Of a stretch of DNA of 24,390 bases, positions 8,894 through 17,420 are shown in pieces. Position numbers and translations under genes: made by a program. This DNA comes from Clostridia bacterium (GTDB taxonomy: Bacteria > Bacillota > Clostridia > Christensenellales > Aristaeellaceae): assembly GCA_024404275.1 (NCBI GenBank), contig JAKSQG010000005.1:1-24390 (forward strand). Reading direction: 5' to 3'. Below the pieces are notes generated by a model. That model had not been told where the DNA came from, did not search any database, and worked only from the letters and a program-made list of their open reading frames with translations. Positions within the stretch are counted from its first letter, which is position 1; every line of letters starts with the position of its first letter.

Positions 8894-10562
8894 TGTTGAT
8901 GGACTCCTTCAGCTTTGAGAGGGCAATCTTGGTTTCGGCGGCAGTTTCACCCAGCAGACTGGCAATTTCCTGCACGATACGCATCTGTTTGTCGACGACC
9001 TTGTCGGCTACTTCGACCGTCTGGCGCCGGATGTCTTCCTTCTGCTGACGGGCAGCTTCTTCCTCGCTGACGTCACGCATAATGCACAGCAGCATACGTC
9101 CGCCCTCAGCGGGAACGATGGTCTGCTCCACGGTACAGTTGTATTCCGCCAGATAGGTGCGCTCGTTAAAGATACCGCGGCCGGAGTTTTTTACCTTCAT
9201 GAAGGGGATGGGGTCCAGAATGCGGACAACCTGATCTCCCAGCACGGCACTTTCGGAGCGCAGATTCAGGATCTTGCGGGCAGCGGGGTTGATCTGCTGC
9301 ACTTCCAGCTGATCGTTGAGCATCAGGATGCCGTTGGGGCTGTTGCGGGCAATGGTATCGCTGACGTTTTCCGCTTTTTCCATCAGGTAAGGCAGGCACA
9401 TGGAGGGCTCCGCCTTGCCCTGATAAATGGCGATGGCTTTTTCACGGCAGGTATTGTAGCCGCAGGAGCCGCAGTTCAGCTCCTGAGAGGGTTTGAACTT
9501 GCCCATTTCACGCAGAATATCGCGGATCTCAAATTCAGTGGGCAGGGCGGCGCGCTGCTCGATGGGGGCAAAATGCTTGCGCAGCTCCTGTGCTTCGGGC
9601 TGATCGATCTCAAAGTCCTTATCACCGGCGTAACGGGCGACAGCCAGATAATCCTTCACCGGGCTGTGACCGTATTTTTCCATCACGGGACCGCCGGCAC
9701 AACTGCCCACGCAAGCGCTCATCTCGATAAAGCAGCGATGGATCTTGCCCTGCTCGATCTCCTTCAGTGCGGCGATGCAGTTTTCAATACCATCGAAAGC
9801 GATATAGGTATAGCCCGGGGCATCCTGTGCCATGGTTTTCAGTACGCCGCCGGTGGTGGGAAAGAAACGTGCCAGACTATGTTCATCCGGCTGCTTTTCC
9901 TGACGAAGTTCAACGCCTTCCTTTTTAAGCCAGTTGGTCAGCTCTTCAAAGGTCAGCACCGCGTCAACGATGCCCTCGTAGTGCTCCGCTTCATCCTTCT
10001 TTGCCACGCAGGGACCGACAAAGACGGTCTTGGCGCCGGGAATACGGCGCTTGATGTCCTCACAGTGCGCCTGCATGGGGGAAAGTACATCCGCCAGATA
10101 GGGCAGCACACGGGGGAAATGCTTCTGAATGAGCAGGTTGATGGAGTGGCAGCAGGAAGAGATGACGATGTCACGGTTTTCTTCCTGCAGAATGCGCTCG
10201 TATTCCCGCTTTACAAGCGTAGCGCCCAAAGCGGTCTCTTCCACATCGTGGAAGCCCAGCTTTTTGAGCGCTTCCCGCATGGCTTCAATGCCCACACCAT
10301 CATAGTTGGCAACAAAGGACGGCGCCAGAGAGACGACCACCGGGGCGCCGCTCTGAATGAGAACCTTTGCCTTTTCGGTCTGGTCCACGATCTCCTTGGC
10401 ATTCTGCGGGCAGACGACAAAGCAATGACCGCAGAGGATGCACTCATTGTCGATGATGTGAGCCTGGTTGCCGGAAAAACGGATGGATTTTACCGGGCAG
10501 TGACGGATGCACTTATAGCAGTTTTTGCAGTTGGATTTTTTTAAAGTCAGGCAGTTTGGCAT
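8886..10562 (-). CDS. hydS: Putative sensory [FeFe] hydrogenase with C-terminal Cys motif and PAS domain (HydS / HfsB-like)
   Basis: N-terminal 2x[4Fe-4S] ferredoxin motifs. H-cluster motifs ISSCCHS, GPCVAKKDE and EMSACVGSCAGGP. CGSCGYNTCx16C motif, then a PAS-like segment (NSPNGILMLNDQLEVQQINPAARKIL..). Stop TGA. Confidence 0.85.
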   Translation of the reverse strand: MPNCLTLKKSNCKNCYKCIRHCPVKSIRFSGNQAHIIDNECILCGHCFVVCPQNAKEIVDQTEKAKVLIQSGAPVVVSLAPSFVANYDGVGIEAMREALKKLGFHDVEETALGATLVKREYERILQEENRDIVISSCCHSINLLIQKHFPRVLPYLADVLSPMQAHCEDIKRRIPGAKTVFVGPCVAKKDEAEHYEGIVDAVLTFEELTNWLKKEGVELRQEKQPDEHSLARFFPTTGGVLKTMAQDAPGYTYIAFDGIENCIAALKEIEQGKIHRCFIEMSACVGSCAGGPVMEKYGHSPVKDYLAVARYAGDKDFEIDQPEAQELRKHFAPIEQRAALPTEFEIRDILREMGKFKPSQELNCGSCGYNTCREKAIAIYQGKAEPSMCLPYLMEKAENVSDTIARNSPNGILMLNDQLEVQQINPAARKILNLRSESAVLGDQVVRILDPIPFMKVKNSGRGIFNERTYLAEYNCTVEQTIVPAEGGRMLLCIMRDVSEEEAARQQKEDIRRQTVEVADKVVDKQMRIVQEIASLLGETAAETKIALSKLKESINNE

Positions 10563-10566
10563 GGCG

Positions 10567-10806
10567 TTACACCCTTGCTTTGATTACATTTTCGAAAAAG
10601 GTGGGAACAGTCTCGGGGGAAACGGAAAAGAATTCACCGTCTACCGTGACGCAAACGCCCTGCTGGCATTTGCCCATGCAGAATGTGCCGCCCAGCTCGA
10701 TCTTGTCACTGAGGTTTTCCTTCGCAATCAGCGCCTGAAGCTGCTCCACCACGGGACGAGAGCCTTTGATGTGGCAGGAAGAACCGATACAAACCGTAAC
10801 CTTCAT
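10567..10806 (-). CDS. Small thioredoxin-like [2Fe-2S] ferredoxin (HfsA-like)
   Basis: 79 aa with four Cys in VCIGSSCH ... FCMGKC. GGAG RBS 9 nt upstream of the ATG. Stop TAA 4 nt before the hydS ATG. Confidence 0.75.
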   Translation of the reverse strand: MKVTVCIGSSCHIKGSRPVVEQLQALIAKENLSDKIELGGTFCMGKCQQGVCVTVDGEFFSVSPETVPTFFENVIKARV

Positions 10807-10832
10807 CTTTTTTGTCTCCTTTTTGCGATGTT

Positions 10833-10877
10833 TTATAAAAACAGGAAAAGGAGGGGTGATGGTTCCCTCCGTTTTCC
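10833..10877 (-). terminator. Intrinsic terminator/attenuator hairpin between the APH-fold kinase gene and the hfsA-like gene
   Basis: Minus strand: GGAAAA(C)GGAGGG-AACCATCAC-CCCTCCTTTTCC followed by TGTTTTTAT. It lies only ~35 nt upstream of the hfsA-like ATG. Confidence 0.7.
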
Positions 10878-10908
10878 TTCATCATACGAGTCAGAAAATC
10901 AATGATTT

Positions 10909-11658
10909 TTAATGATATTCCACCACGTTGGCCCAGGACAGCAGGAATTCTCTTTCCTTTTCCTTGCCCTTGACGGACTGGCTGGCGGCGACGATGGGCA
11001 TCCACTTCTGCACATACTGCAGGGGGGTGCCGCTCTTTTCACAGAACAGCTTCAGGTATTCCTTGGCGCCGTCGATATCGCCGTTCAGCCAGAACAGCAG
11101 ATAGGTACGGGCAACATCGGCGGAGGCGTTGCCCTGCGTGACATGGCTCCAGTCGATCACGTAAGGGGTGCCGTCCTCGCTGATGATCACGTTGGAGGGC
11201 CAGAAATCGCCGTGACACACTTTGCTGTGATTGGGCATACCCTCCAGACGGGCGTGAAGATCAAAACGGGTGGTGGCATCCAGGTCAGCCTGGCTGATCT
11301 TGCGCTCCATCTTGTCCCTGAGGCGGTTCAGATGGGAACAGCTCTTGCTCTGGATCTCCAGCTGCAGATCCACAAACTGATTGAGGTATTTGTCCTTGTT
11401 GTCCGGGTCTTCTTTCATCAGCTGGGACAGGGTTTTGCCCTTGATGAACTCAGAGATGATGGCCCATTTTCCATCGATCATGGTGACACCCAGGAGCTTG
11501 GGAATGTGCAGCCCGGTCTCTTCAATGCGCGCCTGGTTGAGCGCTTCGTTGAGGATGTCGGCTTTGGAGTGACTTTCATCGAACACCTTGATGCAGCGGT
11601 CACCGTCACGGTAAATGGTTTTGTCGTTGCGTACGGCAATAACGCGATCCAGATTCAT
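10909..11658 (-). CDS. Aminoglycoside-phosphotransferase/choline-kinase-fold (APH-like) kinase
   Basis: CHGDFWPSNVII and YVIDWSHV (HxDxxxxN / DxS Brenner-type motifs). GAAGGAGG lies 8 nt before ATG 11658. The track ORF starts 7 codons earlier. Stop TAA. Confidence 0.8.
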   Translation of the reverse strand: MNLDRVIAVRNDKTIYRDGDRCIKVFDESHSKADILNEALNQARIEETGLHIPKLLGVTMIDGKWAIISEFIKGKTLSQLMKEDPDNKDKYLNQFVDLQLEIQSKSCSHLNRLRDKMERKISQADLDATTRFDLHARLEGMPNHSKVCHGDFWPSNVIISEDGTPYVIDWSHVTQGNASADVARTYLLFWLNGDIDGAKEYLKLFCEKSGTPLQYVQKWMPIVAASQSVKGKEKEREFLLSWANVVEYH

Positions 11659-11675
11659 CTTTTTTGTCCTCCTTC

Positions 11676-14378
11676 TCACAGCTTACGGCCGGGACGATAG
11701 GCTTTTTTCACCGCGTCGTTTCCCGGCTCGGCAATGTTAGCCTCAGTGGGCTTGGCCATCTCGGTAAAGTGCTTGCCGCCGTAATAGGCGTTCAGGTACA
11801 TCTGCTTGATCTCGCTCATCAGCGGATAGCGGGGATTGGCACCGGTGCACTGATCGTCAAAGGCCTGCTCCACCATGTCATCCAGTCTGGTCAGGAAATC
11901 CTGCTCATCGGGAACATAATCCTTGATAGTGGGCTTGATCCCCACATAAGCCTTCAGATTGTTGATCATCTGAATCAGGGCTTCCAGCTTTTCATGGTCG
12001 GTGCCCTGGTTAATTCCCAGCGCCTCGGCCACCTGCGCGTAGCGGCGCAAGGTATGGGGATGATCGTACTGAGGGAAGGTGCCCATCTTGGCAGGAGCTT
12101 CGCAGGCGTTGAAGCGCAGCACTTCTTCGATCATCAGAGCGTTGGCTACACCGTGAGGAATGTGATGGAAAGCACCCAGCTTGTGCGCCATGGAGTGGCA
12201 GACACCCAGGAAGGCGTTGGCAAAGGCCATGCCGGCCATGGTGGCTGCATTAGCCATTTTCTCACGAGCTTCCACATCTGTCAAGCCATTGTCATAGGCT
12301 TGAGGCAGATATTCAAAAATGGTTTGCAAAGCTTTGATGGCAAGGCCATCTGTATAGTCCGTCGCCATCATGGAGGCATACGCTTCAAGGGCGTGGGTGA
12401 CGGCGTCGATGCCGCTGGCGGCGGTCAGACCCTTGGGAGCGGTCATATGGAAATCGGTATCGATGATCGCCATGTTGGGCAGCAGAGCATAATCGGCAAG
12501 GGGATATTTGACACCGCTCTTTTCGTCGGTGATGACGGCAAAGGGCGTTACCTCACTGCCGGTACCGGCGGAGGTGGGAATGGCGACAAAATAGGCCTTT
12601 TCGCCCATCTTGGGGAAGGTATAAACACGCTTGCGGATATCCATGAAGCGCATGGCCATGTCCTGGAAATCCACTTCGGGATGCTCGTACAGCACCCACA
12701 TGATTTTGCCGGCGTCCATGGCGCTGCCGCCGCCCAGAGCGATGATCACATCGGGCTGGAACAGACGCATCTGTTCCGCGCCGGCCTTGGCGCAAGCCAG
12801 GGTGGGATCGGGCGCGACGTCAAAGAAGGTTGCGTGCTGAATGCCCAGTTCATCCAGCTTCTTGGTGATGGGGGCGGTGTTTCCGTTGTGATAAAGGAAA
12901 GAGTCGGTGACGATAAAGGCCTTCTTTTTGCCCATAACTTGCTTCAGTTCGTCCAGCGCCACCGGCAGGCAGCCCTTTTTGATATACACCTTCTCCGGCG
13001 TACGGAACCACAGCATGTTTTCTCTCCTTTCAGCCACGGTTTTGATGTTCAGCAGGTGCTTGACGCCCACGTTTTCGGATACGGAGTTGCCGCCCCAGCT
13101 GCCGCAGCCGAGGGTGAGCGAGGGGGCCATCTTGAAGTTATACAGATCGCCGATACCGCCCTGCGAGGAGGGGGTGTTGACCACGATACGGCAAGTCTTC
13201 ATCTTGGCGGCAAAGGCATCCAGCACATCGGGCTTCTTCTGCGTATCGATGTACAGGGAGGCAGTGTGACCGTAGCCGCCATCGGCAATCAGACGATCGG
13301 CTTTGGCGAAGGCATCATCCAGATCCCTGGCACGGTACATGGCCAGCACGGGGCTCAGCTTTTCATGGGCAAACTCTTCACTGAGGTCCACAGATTCCAC
13401 TTCACCGATGAGCACCTTGGTGCCTTCGGGAATGGTGACACCGGCCAGCGCGGCGATCTTACAGGCGCTCTGACCGACGATCTTGGCGTTCAGGGCACCG
13501 TTGATCAGGATGGTGTGGCGCACCTTGTCCAGATCGGCACCGGTCAGGAACCAGCAGCCTCTTTGAGCAAATTCGGCTTTCACCTGATCGTAAATGCTGT
13601 CCAGCACGATCACGCTCTGCTCGGAAGCGCAGATCATGCCGTTATCAAAGGTCTTGGAATGGATGATGGAGTTGACAGCCAGCACAACATTGGCACTGTC
13701 ATCGATGACAGCAGGCACGTTGCCCGCACCGACGCCCAGTGCCGGCTTGCCGCTGGAATAAGCCGCCTTGACCATGCCGGGACCGCCGGTGGCCAGAATG
13801 ATATCGGCTTCGCGCATGACCATGTTGGTCATTTCCAGAGAAGGGACATCGATCCAGCCGATGATGCCTTCAGGAGCGCCGGCTTTGACCGCAGCATCCA
13901 GTACCACCTTGGCAGCGGCAATGGTGGCCTTCTTGGCGCGGGGATGGGGGCTGAAAATGATGCCGTTGCGGGTCTTGAGGCAGATCAAAGCCTTGAAGAT
14001 GGCGGTAGAGGTCGGGTTGGTCGTGGGGATGACGGCGGCGACCACGCCAATGGGCTCAGCCAGCTTTTTGATGCCGTAGGCTTTGTCCTCCTCGATGACG
14101 CCGCAGGTCTTGGTATCGCGGTAAGCGTTGTAAATATATTCACTGGCATAGTGATTTTTGATGACTTTGTCTTCCACTACGCCCATGCCGGTTTCTTCAA
14201 CGGCCAGCTTGGCCAGAGAAATACGGGCCTGATTGGCAGCGGTGGCAGCGGCCAGGAAAATGCGGTCCACCTGCTCCTGAGTATAGGTCGCATAGATGCG
14301 CTGCGCTTCGCGTACGCGCTTAATGGCGGCTTCCAGCGCTTCGGTGTTGTCCACCAGATCAAATGCTTTGGTTTCCAT
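11676..14378 (-). CDS. adhE: Bifunctional acetaldehyde-CoA / alcohol dehydrogenase
   Basis: 900 aa. ALDH domain with catalytic FDNGMICASEQ. Fe-ADH domain with GGGSAMDAGK and His-rich metal motifs. AGGAGG lies 6 nt before ATG 14378 (the track ORF begins 38 codons upstream). Stop TGA. Confidence 0.97.
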   Translation of the reverse strand: METKAFDLVDNTEALEAAIKRVREAQRIYATYTQEQVDRIFLAAATAANQARISLAKLAVEETGMGVVEDKVIKNHYASEYIYNAYRDTKTCGVIEEDKAYGIKKLAEPIGVVAAVIPTTNPTSTAIFKALICLKTRNGIIFSPHPRAKKATIAAAKVVLDAAVKAGAPEGIIGWIDVPSLEMTNMVMREADIILATGGPGMVKAAYSSGKPALGVGAGNVPAVIDDSANVVLAVNSIIHSKTFDNGMICASEQSVIVLDSIYDQVKAEFAQRGCWFLTGADLDKVRHTILINGALNAKIVGQSACKIAALAGVTIPEGTKVLIGEVESVDLSEEFAHEKLSPVLAMYRARDLDDAFAKADRLIADGGYGHTASLYIDTQKKPDVLDAFAAKMKTCRIVVNTPSSQGGIGDLYNFKMAPSLTLGCGSWGGNSVSENVGVKHLLNIKTVAERRENMLWFRTPEKVYIKKGCLPVALDELKQVMGKKKAFIVTDSFLYHNGNTAPITKKLDELGIQHATFFDVAPDPTLACAKAGAEQMRLFQPDVIIALGGGSAMDAGKIMWVLYEHPEVDFQDMAMRFMDIRKRVYTFPKMGEKAYFVAIPTSAGTGSEVTPFAVITDEKSGVKYPLADYALLPNMAIIDTDFHMTAPKGLTAASGIDAVTHALEAYASMMATDYTDGLAIKALQTIFEYLPQAYDNGLTDVEAREKMANAATMAGMAFANAFLGVCHSMAHKLGAFHHIPHGVANALMIEEVLRFNACEAPAKMGTFPQYDHPHTLRRYAQVAEALGINQGTDHEKLEALIQMINNLKAYVGIKPTIKDYVPDEQDFLTRLDDMVEQAFDDQCTGANPRYPLMSEIKQMYLNAYYGGKHFTEMAKPTEANIAEPGNDAVKKAYRPGRKL

Positions 14379-14438
14379 ACTGTTCCTCCTCTTGCTTGTA
14401 CATAGCCCAAGCATTGCGTTGAAAGGTTTTTCGTTCCT

Positions 14439-14477
14439 TTCGATACGCATTATATCGAATCGGAAATCCTTTGGGAA
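14439..14477 (-). promoter_or_regulatory. Candidate adhE promoter (TTCCCA-17-TATAAT) overlapped by a 7-bp dyad
   Basis: Minus strand: -35-like TTCCCA (14472-14477) and -10 TATAAT (14449-14454). Dyad TTCGATA-N7-TATCGAA spans 14439-14459 and covers the -10. Confidence 0.35.
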
Positions 14478-14525
14478 TAACCAAAAAAGCATAACCGTTA
14501 TATCATAATCGATTATACGAGATCG

Positions 14526-14577
14526 AAAAAAACAAATAAGAACAGCCTTGCAGTCGATCGAATCGGCAGCAAGGCTG
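14526..14577 (-). terminator. Intrinsic terminator after the LysR-family gene
   Basis: Minus strand: CAGCCTTGC-17 nt loop-GCAAGGCTG (14543-14577) followed by TTCTTATTTGTTTTTTT. Confidence 0.75.
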
Positions 14578-14591
14578 ATAAGGGAAGGCGA

Positions 14592-15518
14592 TTACTTATT
14601 TTGCCCAATGCAGGCGCGCTTGGATTGCATCAGGTCGGTCAGGAAGGTTTTGTCCAGCTTGGTCAGGTGATAGTCATGACGGTAAATCAGCATATCGCGG
14701 TAAATGCGTCGCTGATCGGCGCATTCCCTTTGCACCAGGTGAAAGCGCTGCAAAAGCCTTTCCGGAAGGGGAGATACCCACATGAAAGTTTGGGGATTTT
14801 CGGACAAAAGGTCCAGCTGACTTCCCCGCTCAAAGACAAAAATGCGCCGGGGCGTTTGCGGCAGCTCTTCCTCCCGGACGGCAGAAAGCGGCAGGGAAGG
14901 CACTGTGGGATCGGCATGGGCGATTTGAATACAGGACTTCAGATCGGAAAAATGGATGCTGTCGAGGGCGGCAAGGGGGCTGCTCTCATGCATGACCAGA
15001 ACATATCTGAATTCCGAAATCAGCTCGCACTGCAGCCCTTTTTCCTCCAACAGCTGCCGGAAGTGTTTATCATGAGCGCTCGCGTAGCGGATGATGCCCA
15101 GACGGTATCCGGATTCGAGAATGTTTTTGATGGCCTGCAGGGAGTTGGTTTCCTGATAGAAGATCTCTGCCTCTTCTTCTCCCAGCGAGCGGGAAAAAGC
15201 GGAAAAGGCATCCGAAATATAACTGGCCCGGGGAACGGAGATGGAGAATTCCAGCTTTTCCGCTCTTCCCTTATACAGGCTTTCCATCTCTTCCACCTGT
15301 TCCAGAATCTTGCGGGCACGGCTGATAAACAGCGCGCCGTCCGGCGTCAGCAGCATGCCCTTGGGGGAACGGCGGAAAAACTGGATGCCAAGATCGGCTT
15401 CCATTTCCCGGACAATCCTGCTCAGGTTGGGTTGTGCGACATGCAGTTCTTCGGCAGCTTTGTTGATCGAGCTGTTTTCGGCGATGGAGACCACGTATTT
15501 CATGTGAAGCAGATTCAT
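14592..15518 (-). CDS. LysR-family transcriptional regulator
   Basis: N-terminal HTH MNLLHMKYVVSIAENSSINKAAEELHVAQPNLSRIVREME..; 308 aa, the typical LysR length. GAGG RBS. Stop TAA. Confidence 0.93.
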   Translation of the reverse strand: MNLLHMKYVVSIAENSSINKAAEELHVAQPNLSRIVREMEADLGIQFFRRSPKGMLLTPDGALFISRARKILEQVEEMESLYKGRAEKLEFSISVPRASYISDAFSAFSRSLGEEEAEIFYQETNSLQAIKNILESGYRLGIIRYASAHDKHFRQLLEEKGLQCELISEFRYVLVMHESSPLAALDSIHFSDLKSCIQIAHADPTVPSLPLSAVREEELPQTPRRIFVFERGSQLDLLSENPQTFMWVSPLPERLLQRFHLVQRECADQRRIYRDMLIYRHDYHLTKLDKTFLTDLMQSKRACIGQNK

Positions 15519-15778
15519 GCGGAGATACCTCGTATCAGATGGCGAAATTGGATGATTGCTGCAGAAGGGAACGATCCGAAGAGCCGGCGCTTTTCAAAAT
15601 CCGGTCCTTTGCCGGAAGTGTCCGGCTTGTAGTTTCTCAGCGCGCAATGGGGAGTAAAGGTGCTTCTGCAGGGTGCTCTTTCATGGCAGATTGCAGCGGC
15701 TTGGATCATCCGCAGCTATTATAGCATACAATGCATAAATATAGAAGGAAAATACGGTCTTTTTGTCCGGAATCCTGC

Positions 15779-15807
15779 TTGACGCATGAGAGGGAATCGT
15801 TTATCAT
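15779..15807 (+). promoter_or_regulatory. Candidate sigma-70-type promoter facing the VanZ/carboxypeptidase gene
   Basis: TTGACG (15779-15784), 17-nt spacer, TATCAT (15802-15807). A second candidate, TGTTATAAT extended -10, lies at 15874-15882. Confidence 0.45.
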
Positions 15808-15915
15808 GATGCTGGAACACTGCCGCTGAAATGCCGGATCGTGCGGTGTTGGTACAAATTTGGTACAGTGCTGTGTTATAATAAATAATCATACCATTGT
15901 TATGAAGCGGGAGAG

Positions 15916-17388
15916 ATGCCGATGCTGATCACTTCAAGGGTTTTCTGGGGTGCGCTGGTGGCCGTTGTGCTGTTTTCGCTCTTTTTTATTTTGTATCGGA
16001 AGTTCTTTTTTGAAAAAGGGCACACGGTGCACAAGGTCCTGCTGGCGTTGTACTCATTGTACATCGGCGGACTGTTCGTAATGATCCTGTTTCCCAACTA
16101 CATGCTGCGGCCGTTTCGTTTTTCCACGGCACGTGTAAATTTGATTCCCTTCAAGGCATTTCATCGGCTGATGACCGACCCGAAGGAACTGATCGGCAAT
16201 CTGCTTCTGTTTGTGCCCTTTGGCTTTTTCTCAGTGCTGAATGACCGGGTCAAGGCAGGACGCCGGCTGCTGAACGTGCTGTGGCGGACGGCACTGATCA
16301 GCGCGGCAATGGAAGTGCTGCAGATGTTTATCGGCCGCGTTACGGACATTGACGATGTGATCATCAATACCCTGAGCGGTCTGCTGGGCGGCGCACTGTG
16401 TGTCATCTGGCATAAGACGCGGCTGGATCACACCCCCTTGGGGGATAAGCTGATGCCGGAGCTGCCCAAGCGCTGGCGCGGCAAGATGGCGGTGCCGCTG
16501 CTGTCCCTGATCATACTGATCGTCTACAGTGTCGGGCTCATGTCGGCCAACGCCATTGTGACCCGATCGATGGGCAGAGAGTATGCTGCTGAAATCAACG
16601 GTGAGACACGACATTTTTCCCTGGATGCGGAAAATGCCCTGCTGTGGGACCGTACCGGGGAAAAGGTGCTGTTTGCAGTAAACGAGCAATCCGGCATCTT
16701 CCCCGCCTCAACCATCAAGCTGGTGCTGGGACTGACAACATTGGATGAGGTTTCTCCCGATGAAAGGGTCACCGTGGGCCGGGAAATTTTGCGTGTGCCG
16801 ATGGATTGCTCAAGGGCGGGCATTGCCATGGGAGCGACCTACACGGTGCGGGAGTTGCTGGCAGGTTCACTGATCACCTCAGGCGCTGACGCCTCCTATG
16901 TGTTGGGCGTATTTTGCGGAAGGGTCTTGCTCGGAAACCCGAACGCCTCGGAAACGGAAGCATTGAATGCCTTCCTTGCCGCGGCGAATGCAAAGCTCCA
17001 AAGCCTGGGCGCTCTCAATACCACGGTGAAAAACGTGGATGGTCTGGATGTCGAGGGGCAGCTGACCACGGTGGAGGATCTGTGCAGGATCGCTTCCGCA
17101 GTGTTGGATGATCCGGTGCTGTCTGAAATCTGCGGCACACCCGAGATGACGATCGGTACGGGAAACACCGCTCTCACACTGAAAAACACCAATGCGATTC
17201 TGCGGGAAGAAAGCGAATTCTTTGAGGCGGATTGCGTGGGCATCAAAACGGGAGCGACCTCCCGTGCAGGCAACTGTCTGATTGCTGCGTTCCGAAAAGA
17301 TGGACAGGAATACATTACCATCGTGATGCATTCGGGCTATGACGGCAAATTTACCGATACGCTGACGCTGGCCGATCTGGTGCTGTAA
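15916..17388 (+). CDS. VanZ-like membrane domain fused to an S11-type D-alanyl-D-alanine carboxypeptidase domain
   Basis: N-terminal multi-TM VanZ-like region (..LLLFVPFGFF.., ..DIDDVIINTLSGLLG..). C-terminal SxxK = STIK, KTG = IKTGAT, and the SxN position reads SGA. Alternative start ATG 15922. Stop TAA. Confidence 0.85.
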   Translation: MPMLITSRVFWGALVAVVLFSLFFILYRKFFFEKGHTVHKVLLALYSLYIGGLFVMILFPNYMLRPFRFSTARVNLIPFKAFHRLMTDPKELIGNLLLFVPFGFFSVLNDRVKAGRRLLNVLWRTALISAAMEVLQMFIGRVTDIDDVIINTLSGLLGGALCVIWHKTRLDHTPLGDKLMPELPKRWRGKMAVPLLSLIILIVYSVGLMSANAIVTRSMGREYAAEINGETRHFSLDAENALLWDRTGEKVLFAVNEQSGIFPASTIKLVLGLTTLDEVSPDERVTVGREILRVPMDCSRAGIAMGATYTVRELLAGSLITSGADASYVLGVFCGRVLLGNPNASETEALNAFLAAANAKLQSLGALNTTVKNVDGLDVEGQLTTVEDLCRIASAVLDDPVLSEICGTPEMTIGTGNTALTLKNTNAILREESEFFEADCVGIKTGATSRAGNCLIAAFRKDGQEYITIVMHSGYDGKFTDTLTLADLVL

Positions 17389-17420
17389 CGAGGATCGGTC
17401 GGGAAGGGAGATGACTGCCG

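Noticed and set aside
6257-8899. 880-aa plus-strand ORF
   Set aside because: It lies exactly antisense to the hydrogenase-homologue and PP2C genes. The translation is Gly/Ala/Asp/Val-rich low-complexity sequence with no motifs and no RBS. This is a typical shadow ORF of GC3-rich genes.
11664-14405. 913-aa plus-strand ORF
   Set aside because: It is antisense to adhE, which is unambiguous. The translation is low-complexity Gly/Val/Asp/His-rich sequence.
15519-15778. 260-bp non-coding stretch upstream of the LysR-family gene, examined for a tRNA (especially a CUA suppressor), a riboswitch or a small RNA
   Set aside because: I saw no cloverleaf or T-loop (GTTCRANNC) signature and no riboswitch core that I recognise. 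Only weak local hairpins are present. I left it unannotated.
15849-15882. Sigma-54 (-24/-12) reading of TTGGTACAGTGCTGTG
   Set aside because: TGGTAC resembles the TGGCAC -24 element, but the expected GC dinucleotide 12 nt downstream is TG. I also saw no enhancer-binding protein gene nearby.
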